From a virus, in the UHGV virus genome UHGV-0118447: DNA of 34,427 nucleotides, one strand, 5' to 3'. The notes under the pieces were generated by a model, which was not told the origin of the DNA, made no database searches, and worked only from the letters and a program-made list of their open reading frames with translations. The translations under genes and the position numbers were made by a program. Below, in pieces: positions 27,004 to 34,427 of this stretch (positions are counted from its first letter, which is position 1; each line of letters begins with the position of its first letter).

Positions 27004-27541
27004 CACCAGCACAGAGCGCGGCTGGCTGATACCAACCAGTGGCGATCCGGATTATGACGAAGCGCTCGACAGGCTGCTAAGCCAGTGGATGCGCAATGTT
27101 TCCGGCTTGCCGTCTGGAATGGTTCGTCCGCGCTGGCAGAAAAATCAGCCGCCACTGCCACCCGTTGAAACGAACTGGTGCGCGTTTGGCGTTACCGGGT
27201 TGCTCATTGATAACAACCCTGCATTCACCGGGCAGACTGAAGAGGGCGCTCAGCTCTGGAGGTATGAAACGTTCGAGTGCATGGCGTCGTTCTATGGCCC
27301 GGCTGGTATGTCTTATGCGTCCCGTTTTCGCGATGGCATATCTGTCCCGCAAAATAATGCTGAGCTGAACGCGCTCGGTTTATCCCTGGGCGACTATACC
27401 GGTCTGACCCCTTTCCCCGAGCTTATCAACCAGCAATGGGTTCGCCGCTACGACATGACGGTTCGCCTGCGCCGGAAGGTTGTGCGCGAGTACGGTATTA
27501 AATCGCTGGTGGAAGCGCCAGTCACCTTTTTTGGAGAATAA
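26978..27541 (+). CDS. Hypothetical virion protein (about 187 aa)
   Basis: Start at the internal ATG of the track ORF, overlapping the upstream 3' end. Confidence 0.45.
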   Translation: MGELPLSNNTSTERGWLIPTSGDPDYDEALDRLLSQWMRNVSGLPSGMVRPRWQKNQPPLPPVETNWCAFGVTGLLIDNNPAFTGQTEEGAQLWRYETFECMASFYGPAGMSYASRFRDGISVPQNNAELNALGLSLGDYTGLTPFPELINQQWVRRYDMTVRLRRKVVREYGIKSLVEAPVTFFGE

Positions 27542-27544
27542 ACT

Positions 27545-28705
27545 ATGACGCAGGGCTTACCTGTATCCAACGTTGTAAACGTTGATGTGATCATCTCGCC
27601 GAAAGCGGCTACTGGTCGTAACTTCGGCGCGCTGCTGATCCTCGGTTCTTCCACTGTCATTCCAGTGCAGGAACGCGTCCGCCTTTATGCGTCCGTTGAG
27701 GACATTGGCGAGGACTTCGGAGTCGACAGCCCGGAATATGAAGCGGCGCAGGTTTTCTTCAGCCAGTCACCGAAGCCGACACAGGTTTATGTTGGTCGCT
27801 GGGCGAAGACGCTGAGTTCTTCCGAGAGTGGAGATACTGAAACTATCGTGCAAGCCGTTAATGCCTGCCTGCAATATACCAACTGGTATGGGCTGGTTGT
27901 CGCTGATGATGTTGTCGCTGGTGGCGATGTGCTTGATGCTGATGACGTGATTGAGGTCGCCAAACTTATTGAAGCGTCCAGCCTTAGCCGTATCTTTGGT
28001 GTGACCTCTGGTGACGCCGGGATTATCAGCACGACTTCAATGACCGATGTTGCGTCGAAATTAAAGGCTGGCAAGTTTTCCCGCACTTTCATTCAGTATT
28101 CCACCAGTAGCCCTTATGCAGCGGCTTCTGCGTTCGGTCGTGCGTTCACTGTTAACTTCAACGGCAGCAATACCACCATTACCCTGAAGTTCAAACAGGA
28201 GCCAGGCGTAACCTACGAAACGCTGACGTTAGGTCAGGCGGCGGCTGTGGATGCGAAGAATGCGAACGTGTTCGTGTACTACGCCAACGACACGGCGATC
28301 CTGCAACAGGGTGTCATGGCGAACGGTGACTTCTTCGACGAGCGCCACGGGCTCGACTGGTTGCAGAACTACGTTCAGACCAACCTCTATAACCTGCTTT
28401 ACACCAGCACCACCAAAATTCCGCAGACTGATGCCGGTGTGACCCGTCTGCTTTCCAACGTTGAACAGTCCATGGATCAGTCCGTCACGAACGGTCTGGT
28501 AGCGGCTGGCGTGTGGAATGGTGGCCCTATCGGGCAACTGAATTCCGGCGATACGCTGACAAAAGGTTATTACGTGTATGCGCAACCTCTTTCCGAGCAA
28601 GCACAGGCTGACCGAGAAGCACGCAAAGCGCCGTTAATCCAGGTGGCTTGTAAGCTGGCTGGCGCAGTTCATTACGCCGATGTGCAGATCAACGTGGTTC
28701 GCTAA
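27545..28705 (+). CDS. Major tail structural protein (sheath-like)
   Basis: 386 aa, GGAGAA SD, first gene of the tail block before the tube-like protein, chaperone and tape measure. Confidence 0.45.
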   Translation: MTQGLPVSNVVNVDVIISPKAATGRNFGALLILGSSTVIPVQERVRLYASVEDIGEDFGVDSPEYEAAQVFFSQSPKPTQVYVGRWAKTLSSSESGDTETIVQAVNACLQYTNWYGLVVADDVVAGGDVLDADDVIEVAKLIEASSLSRIFGVTSGDAGIISTTSMTDVASKLKAGKFSRTFIQYSTSSPYAAASAFGRAFTVNFNGSNTTITLKFKQEPGVTYETLTLGQAAAVDAKNANVFVYYANDTAILQQGVMANGDFFDERHGLDWLQNYVQTNLYNLLYTSTTKIPQTDAGVTRLLSNVEQSMDQSVTNGLVAAGVWNGGPIGQLNSGDTLTKGYYVYAQPLSEQAQADREARKAPLIQVACKLAGAVHYADVQINVVR

Positions 28706-28715
28706 GGAGCGATAA

Positions 28716-29156
28716 ATGGCAACTTATTCTTTTCTCGATGTAACCGCGTCGCTCACCGGGCCGACCGGCGTTATCGATCTTGGTCAGGGTTCTGCGAACT
28801 CTGAGGAAGGTATCACCCAGACCATGGGCGGCAACAAAAACACCATGACCATCGGTGCCGACGGCGAGGTGATGCACAGCCTGCACGCCGATAAGTCAGG
28901 CACCATTACGGTGACGCTACTCAAAACCTCCCCGGTGAATAAAAAGCTGTCTCTGGCGTATAACGCGCAAAGCCAGTCCTCTGCCACCTGGGGCAATAAC
29001 GTGATCGTCATTCGCAACACGGCATCGGGTGATATTTCTACTGCGCGTTCGTGTGCATTCCAGAAACAGCCTGATTTCAATAACGCCAAAGAGGGCGGAA
29101 CCGTAGCCTGGGTATTCGATTGCGGCAAGATTGACCAGCTGCTCGGGGAGTTTTAA
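28716..29156 (+). CDS. Tail tube-like protein
   Basis: 146 aa, strong AAGGAG SD, directly before the chaperone genes. Confidence 0.45.
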   Translation: MATYSFLDVTASLTGPTGVIDLGQGSANSEEGITQTMGGNKNTMTIGADGEVMHSLHADKSGTITVTLLKTSPVNKKLSLAYNAQSQSSATWGNNVIVIRNTASGDISTARSCAFQKQPDFNNAKEGGTVAWVFDCGKIDQLLGEF

Positions 29157-29159
29157 CGC

Positions 29160-29585
29160 ATGGAATTCGAAATTAAAGGCGTGAAATATCGCACCGCAAA
29201 GCTCAGCGTTTTCGAACAGCTGAAGGTGTCCCGCAAGCTGTTGCCGGTTCTGGCCGGGATGGTTTCGGACTTCCGGAGCGTTCAGGAGAAGATCAGCAGC
29301 AAAGACACCGAAGGCGCGATGGCTACCATCCTGCCAAAGATTGCCAATGCTGTGTCCGATCTGAGTGATGGCGACGTGGACGCTATCCTGTTCCCCTGCC
29401 TTTCCGTTGTTTCACGCGAGCACATGAAAGGCTGGGTGCCGGTCTACCAGCATGGCGAAATGGCGTTTGACGATATCGACCTGCTTACCATGCTGCAACT
29501 GGTGGCGCGGGTGGTCGCCGACTCTCTGGGAAATTTTTTGCAAGGACTCCCTACCAGCGAGACGCCCACCCCGCCAGCGGAATAA
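29160..29585 (+). CDS. Tail assembly chaperone (G-like)
   Basis: 141 aa immediately upstream of the tape measure gene; slippery site near its 3' end. Confidence 0.6.
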   Translation: MEFEIKGVKYRTAKLSVFEQLKVSRKLLPVLAGMVSDFRSVQEKISSKDTEGAMATILPKIANAVSDLSDGDVDAILFPCLSVVSREHMKGWVPVYQHGEMAFDDIDLLTMLQLVARVVADSLGNFLQGLPTSETPTPPAE

Positions 29586-29773
29586 CCTTCAACAGCCTGC
29601 CGGGCGGTGAAGACTTTATTCTTCGTCCGGCGATTGCCTTCCATATTGACCAGAAAGACCTTAACAGCGGTGCGGTAGACCTTTGCCGCATCGCGCTTCT
29701 CAATGACTACCTCGACATGCGCGAGGATAACGACGCCCGGGTAGATAAATGGAGAGCGGCCAATGAGCGGTAA
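29160..29773 (+). CDS. Tail assembly chaperone -1 frameshift product (GT-like)
   Basis: Heptamer A_AAT_TTT at 29531-29537 in the zero frame; the -1 frame is open from there to TAA at 29771-29773, overlapping the tape measure start. Confidence 0.5.
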
Positions 29774-32030
29774 CGCAGATACGATTAAAGACTTCCTTGT
29801 TTCGCTGGGATTCGATATCGATCAGGCTGGCGCTAATAAGTTTGAAGCCGTGCTGAAAGGCGTTACCGCAAACGTTCTGAAGGTCGGCGCGGTGGTGGAA
29901 GGCGCAGCGCTGAGCATTGTCGGATTTACCACCCAGATCGCGAATGGTCTGGATAAAATTTACTGGGCATCCCAACGGACGGGGGCCAGCGTCCAGGGCA
30001 TCAAAGCGCTGGGCTATGCCGCGTCGCAAACCGGTGCCAGCGCCGAGTCGGCCATGTCCTCCCTCGAAGGGCTGGCCGGTTTCATGCGTAGCAATCCGGG
30101 GGCGGAAGGCTTCCTGAACCGTCTGGGTGTCCAGACCCGTGATGCCAGCGGAAAGATGCGTGATGCTGCGGCCATCTTTACTGGCGTTGGGCAAAAGCTC
30201 AACAACATGCCGTATTACCGCGCGAAGCAATACGCGCAGATGCTCGGCATCGATGAAAACACGCTGATGGCGATGCGGCGCGGCATGAATGGCTTTACCG
30301 CCGATTACCAGTCTATGCTGCAAAAGACGGGGTTCAACGCTGATAAGGCAGCCGTTCAGTCCAACAAATTCATGACGTCCATGCGCGGGCTTACGTCGCT
30401 GTTCGGCATTATGCGGGACAAGATCGGCTCAAACCTCGCTGGTGGTCTTGCTGGTTCGCTGGACAGCCTGCGGCGGCGCATCCTCGACAACTTCCCGAAG
30501 ATTGAAGAGACGCTGACCAGAGTTATTAAAGGCGTGATCTGGCTTGCGAACGCCTTCACGCGAATGGCGTGGCGGCTCATACAGGGCGCTGGCTCTGTCA
30601 TTGACTGGTGGAAGCGTCTTGACGATGGCAGTAAAAATCTGCTGAAAATATTCGGTGCTCTACTTGTCGCATGGCGTCTGCTTAATTCTGCGTTCCTGAA
30701 ATCCCCGATTGGAATTATCACCACGCTGATTCTGGCGATCGGATTACTCTATGACGATTATCAGACGTGGAAAGAAGGCGGTAAAAGCCTGATTGACTGG
30801 TCCAAGTGGGAGCCTGCAATAGAAAAGGCGAAAAAGGCAATTCTCTGGCTGCGCGATAAGCTTCTGGGGCTGAAAGATTCTGTTGGTGGATGGCAGAACT
30901 CGCTGGAAATTTTGGCTACTTTCATCGCTGGGGTATGGGTAACAAAAGTATTGGGAGCATTCGCAAAAATATCCGGTCTTCCGATACCTCCATGGCTTAA
31001 ATTATGGGGAGCGTATGCTGGTTACCTGGTTTCAGATCGTGAAAACATAAAAGCCAGTGCTAAATCATCTTTGGACTATACCAAAAGGAACATTGGTGAT
31101 GCTCTTGCTACGGTTGGCATCAAAACCGACCTTGGGCGAAAAGATGTTAGCGAGGTAAGAGAATGGCCCGCATGGATGGATTGGCTGCATGGTGGCCCAG
31201 GTAAGATTATTCGTCAGGCGCAAAGCAATGGCGTCGTTTATGGCGATAATGTTCAGCCTGACATTCCCGGGGCGGAACAGCATGTTCGTAGTAATGAAAT
31301 TGCCCCGCATGAAAGAGATGAAATAAAAAACCGTCAGCAGGCTGCTAATGGTTATCTTGAAAAGATCTCAGACGGGATTGCCAAAATCGGTAATTTACTT
31401 TTCTCACCTGCTGGTGCTGCTGAAATCTCTCCAAATATATCGGGTGACCCCTCCCAGTTTGCGCAATCAGTCAAACGTCCACAGGCCACAGCCCAGGGCA
31501 AAGTATTGCTCGACTGGATGGGGCCAATGTTCAATAAACTGGAGTCTCTTTATCAGCTGCCTGCTGGCTTGTTGAAAAGCGTGGCGATCACCGAGTCGGG
31601 TGGTAACCAGTTCGCTGTGTCCGGCGCAGGCGCGAAAGGACTGTTTCAGTTTATGGATGGCACGGCGCGCGACATGGGCCTGCGTGGGAATGATGTATTC
31701 GACCCGGAAAAGTCAGCTCAGGCAGCCGCTAAGTACCTTAGCCAGCTATTGCGGCAGAACGGCGGAGACCTTAGTAAAGCACTGGCATCATATAACTGGG
31801 GGATCGGGAATGTTAAGCGTTATGGAATGGGGCTAATGCCGCAGGAAACGCGCAACTACATTCCGAAAGTAATGAGCAACATGCCCACCAGCGCCCCGGT
31901 GATTCAGCAGGAAACGAACATTAACATCCACGGCGTTTCCGATCCTCGCGAAGCTGCCCGTTTGACTGTTGACCGTCAAAAGGGTGTGAATTCACAGTTA
32001 ACCCAGCAACTCCCCGCAGGACCGAGATAA
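29763..32030 (+). CDS. Tail tape measure protein with lytic transglycosylase (SLT) domain
   Basis: 755 aa; hydrophobic central segments; C-terminal region has an SLT-like motif (ESGGNQFAVSGAGAKGLFQFM...AAKYL). Confidence 0.8.
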   Translation: MSGNADTIKDFLVSLGFDIDQAGANKFEAVLKGVTANVLKVGAVVEGAALSIVGFTTQIANGLDKIYWASQRTGASVQGIKALGYAASQTGASAESAMSSLEGLAGFMRSNPGAEGFLNRLGVQTRDASGKMRDAAAIFTGVGQKLNNMPYYRAKQYAQMLGIDENTLMAMRRGMNGFTADYQSMLQKTGFNADKAAVQSNKFMTSMRGLTSLFGIMRDKIGSNLAGGLAGSLDSLRRRILDNFPKIEETLTRVIKGVIWLANAFTRMAWRLIQGAGSVIDWWKRLDDGSKNLLKIFGALLVAWRLLNSAFLKSPIGIITTLILAIGLLYDDYQTWKEGGKSLIDWSKWEPAIEKAKKAILWLRDKLLGLKDSVGGWQNSLEILATFIAGVWVTKVLGAFAKISGLPIPPWLKLWGAYAGYLVSDRENIKASAKSSLDYTKRNIGDALATVGIKTDLGRKDVSEVREWPAWMDWLHGGPGKIIRQAQSNGVVYGDNVQPDIPGAEQHVRSNEIAPHERDEIKNRQQAANGYLEKISDGIAKIGNLLFSPAGAAEISPNISGDPSQFAQSVKRPQATAQGKVLLDWMGPMFNKLESLYQLPAGLLKSVAITESGGNQFAVSGAGAKGLFQFMDGTARDMGLRGNDVFDPEKSAQAAAKYLSQLLRQNGGDLSKALASYNWGIGNVKRYGMGLMPQETRNYIPKVMSNMPTSAPVIQQETNINIHGVSDPREAARLTVDRQKGVNSQLTQQLPAGPR

Positions 32031-32656
32031 TGGATATTTTATCAGCGATTTTTCGCCAGCAATCACGGCGAATTGGCCTGCTGATCCCCAGCGTGGTCGT
32101 CTCCGAAAAGCATTCTGATGCGCTCGAAATTACTGAGCACCCGGTGGAGAAGCCAACAACGAATAGCGCTTCGGGCTTCATCGCCGATCATGCGTATAAG
32201 CGCCCCAGCGAAGTCACAATGGAATGCGGCTTCGCTGGTGGCGGTTCGTTGCTGGACTTCATTGATACATCTTCAATCGGTCTTAGCGCTGGGCTTAGCC
32301 CAAAGGAGACATACCAAAAGCTGCTGGATATGCAGCTTGAGCGCGTACCGTTCGATGTGGTTACCGGGAAGAGGGTGTACACCAATATGCTGGTGCGCGC
32401 CATCGAGGTGACAACGGACAAAACCAGCGAGAACGTGCTGAACTGCACGCTTACCCTGCGTGAAGTGATCATGTCGCAGACATTTAAAAAGCAGGTCGCA
32501 GATAAGTCGGATATGCAGGACGGGGTTAGTACATCTGCGGTGCAGAATTCCGGGACTAAATCCACCACCCCAGTAAATGAATCGGTAATTAAGTCAACAG
32601 GGTGGTTTGATGGACTAAAAGGAACCAGTCTTGGTAACTCTATAGGTATCCAATGA
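32030..32656 (+). CDS. Putative distal tail/baseplate protein (208 aa)
   Basis: TAATG-coupled to the tape measure gene. Confidence 0.5.
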   Translation: MDILSAIFRQQSRRIGLLIPSVVVSEKHSDALEITEHPVEKPTTNSASGFIADHAYKRPSEVTMECGFAGGGSLLDFIDTSSIGLSAGLSPKETYQKLLDMQLERVPFDVVTGKRVYTNMLVRAIEVTTDKTSENVLNCTLTLREVIMSQTFKKQVADKSDMQDGVSTSAVQNSGTKSTTPVNESVIKSTGWFDGLKGTSLGNSIGIQ

Positions 32657-32958
32657 ATGTAACTGAAATCCCTTTATCGCCGGATAACCAGCTATTTCGC
32701 ATTCAGTTAGCAGAGACAACATACACGCTGAGAGTCATTTGGCGTGATTCTGCTGGCTGGATTCTGGATGTACAAGATAGCAGTGGCGAACCGCTTCTTT
32801 CTGGCGTGCCGCTGGTAACCGGTGTAAATCTTCTTGAGCAATATCCTCAACTAGGTATTAACGGGGCGCTGCTCGTTGGCTGCGATGTAGGCGCACCGGA
32901 CGAGCCCACCAAAACCAACCTCGGCACATACAGCCACCTCATTTTCGTGCAGGAGTAG
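32653..32958 (+). CDS. Hypothetical tail protein (101 aa)
   Basis: ATGA-coupled. Confidence 0.45.
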   Translation: MNVTEIPLSPDNQLFRIQLAETTYTLRVIWRDSAGWILDVQDSSGEPLLSGVPLVTGVNLLEQYPQLGINGALLVGCDVGAPDEPTKTNLGTYSHLIFVQE

Positions 32959-32960
32959 AA

Positions 32961-34025
32961 ATGTCTCTTAACTGGATGCGCCATTTTGAGCTGCAACTGT
33001 TGGACCAGAACGGGCAGGGCGTTTCCCTGTCTGATTTTAAGGTCACGTTCCAGATCGAGTGGGCAGATACACGCTGGCCGCGAGTGGCGAACGTGAAAAT
33101 TTACAACCTTTCGACCGATACCACGAACAAGATACTGGGGCAGGAGTTTGCAAAAATTCGCATCATTGCCGGGTATGACGGTATTGCGCCGGATGTTGAT
33201 GCGAGCCAGGTTGGTGTCGCCCGGGAGATTTCACCAGACCAGGTAGGGCAGGTGAACGGTCAGAACTACGGCCTGATATTTGACGGTGATATTCGCTTCA
33301 CCGTCACCGGGAAGGACAACATCACCGATTCCTGGGTGCTGATTCAGGCCATCAGTAACCACGAAGCGTTCCTCTACGCGACTACCATCACCACGCTTGC
33401 CGCTGGTTATACCGTTGCGGACCTGCACCGGGCGACGATGCAGGATTTCAACGCGTTCGGCGTGACGCAGGGCATTACCGGTGACTTTCCTGATACCGTG
33501 TTTCCTCGTGGCCGTGCGATTTATTCATCCACCCGTAACGTGATGGATAATATTGCTGCGCAGTGCAAAGCGACATGGCAACTGGTAGATGGTCAGGTCC
33601 AGATGGTGCCGGAGGATAAATATATTCACGAAGCCATTGTGTTGAATGCTGATACTGGCCTGATCGGTATGCCGCAACAGACTATGGGCGGCGGCGTAAA
33701 CGTGCGGTGCCTGATAAACCCCAACATTCGCATTAATGGTCTTATCCAGCTCGATCAGGCTTCGGTGTACCGCGCCGCGCTCGGTAATAGCGAAATCGCA
33801 CAGTCGCCCGGGCGTATCACCGAAACTGAAGAGAACGGCAACCGTGTGCTGACCGGCACGACGTCACAGGCTGCCAGCATTGCGACGGATGGCGTTTATA
33901 TCGTCAAAGCTATCGACTATACTGGCGACACCAGAGGTCAGGCGTGGTACATGGATTTGATGTGCTTTGCGCGTGGCAGTCGTGAATTATATAGTCAGTC
34001 GACGCTCCAAAAAGTACAGGTGTGA
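32961..34025 (+). CDS. Putative tail hub/baseplate protein (354 aa)
   Basis: AGGAG SD; position after the tape measure and small tail proteins. Confidence 0.5.
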   Translation: MSLNWMRHFELQLLDQNGQGVSLSDFKVTFQIEWADTRWPRVANVKIYNLSTDTTNKILGQEFAKIRIIAGYDGIAPDVDASQVGVAREISPDQVGQVNGQNYGLIFDGDIRFTVTGKDNITDSWVLIQAISNHEAFLYATTITTLAAGYTVADLHRATMQDFNAFGVTQGITGDFPDTVFPRGRAIYSSTRNVMDNIAAQCKATWQLVDGQVQMVPEDKYIHEAIVLNADTGLIGMPQQTMGGGVNVRCLINPNIRINGLIQLDQASVYRAALGNSEIAQSPGRITETEENGNRVLTGTTSQAASIATDGVYIVKAIDYTGDTRGQAWYMDLMCFARGSRELYSQSTLQKVQV

Positions 34026-34026
34026 T

Positions 34027-34377
34027 ATGACAAAAATTAGGAATGTTATCTGCGGAGCCGTTCTTTCGTTGGTCGGAGCTTCAACTGCAATGGCTGATAC
34101 CCAATGCGGGCCATATCGCCTCACCGCAGGTAATGATGGTTTTATGCATATTAATGGTGTAAAGCCAGAAAACCAGAAAATGACCTTTCTGAAAGCCAAG
34201 GAAGATTATCAAAATCTCAAGATGGAATGGACGGTTGCAACTAATCAACCCGGCCGCTGGGTTGGTCTTGAGTACATCAAGCGCAACGGCAAAGCCATTC
34301 TCAACGCTCAGTGGCTGCAAGCCAGCATGGATTCGCCGCGTCAGTATGCAACATACGACTGCCGAAAAGTAAAATAG
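34027..34377 (+). CDS. Secreted small protein with signal peptide (moron-like)
   Basis: MTKIRNVICGAVLSLVGASTAMA-D signal peptide with AxA cleavage site; lower GC than the flanking tail genes; GC hairpin right after the stop (about 34378-34400). Confidence 0.55.
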   Translation: MTKIRNVICGAVLSLVGASTAMADTQCGPYRLTAGNDGFMHINGVKPENQKMTFLKAKEDYQNLKMEWTVATNQPGRWVGLEYIKRNGKAILNAQWLQASMDSPRQYATYDCRKVK

Positions 34378-34427
34378 CCCGCCAGATAGGCGGGCATGCG
34401 TCAAAAATATTGAGCTTTAATTATAAT

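Larger units (their letters stand above)
1..34427. mobile_element. Lambdoid prophage, left attachment site through tail genes (right end beyond the window)
   Basis: tRNA-adjacent integrase, then the canonical order int-xis-recombination-N-cI-cro-cII-O-P-nin-Q-lysis-terminase-portal-head-tail. Confidence 0.9.

Noticed and set aside
29700-30323. 207-aa minus-strand ORF overlapping the tape measure gene start
   Set aside because: Antisense to the tape measure gene; His/Arg-rich translation; no ribosome-binding site
1-34427. CRISPR array or other tandem repeats
   Set aside because: No regularly spaced direct repeats seen other than the four ori iterons inside O

Overview
The window is a nearly complete lambdoid prophage read left to right. 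It starts inside the 3' end of a tRNA gene (the attachment site), followed by integrase and excisionase on the minus strand, then a block of accessory genes of unknown function, a RecT/Gp157 recombination module, a cIII-like gene and antiterminator N with nutL and pL. The immunity region has a cI whose C-terminal domain is lambda-like but whose N-terminal DNA-binding domain, cro and operators are not. Rightward come cII, lambda-type O (with ori iterons), P, ren, a nin region (ninB, Dam methyltransferase, ninE, ninF, rusA, ninH), a non-lambda Q, and a lysis cassette (lambda-type S holin, P22/T4-type lysozyme, Rz/Rz1). After the lysis genes sit a rha gene and an HExxH metallopeptidase-like gene, then terminase, portal, head genes and a non-lambda tail module, with a secreted-protein moron at the end. 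All protein identifications are from reading the translations and recalling known families; no database search was run. Coordinates of non-ORF features are good to a few nucleotides. The best candidates for undescribed biology are: (i) the AT-rich accessory block between N and the tL terminator, (ii) a translationally coupled four-gene operon containing a papain-like Cys-His-Asp protein, (iii) the rha + HExxH pair after the lysis genes, (iv) the hybrid immunity region, and (v) the terminal secreted-protein moron. Two recoding or overlap signals are also visible: a tail-chaperone -1 frameshift site and a 152-nt portal/MuF overlap.
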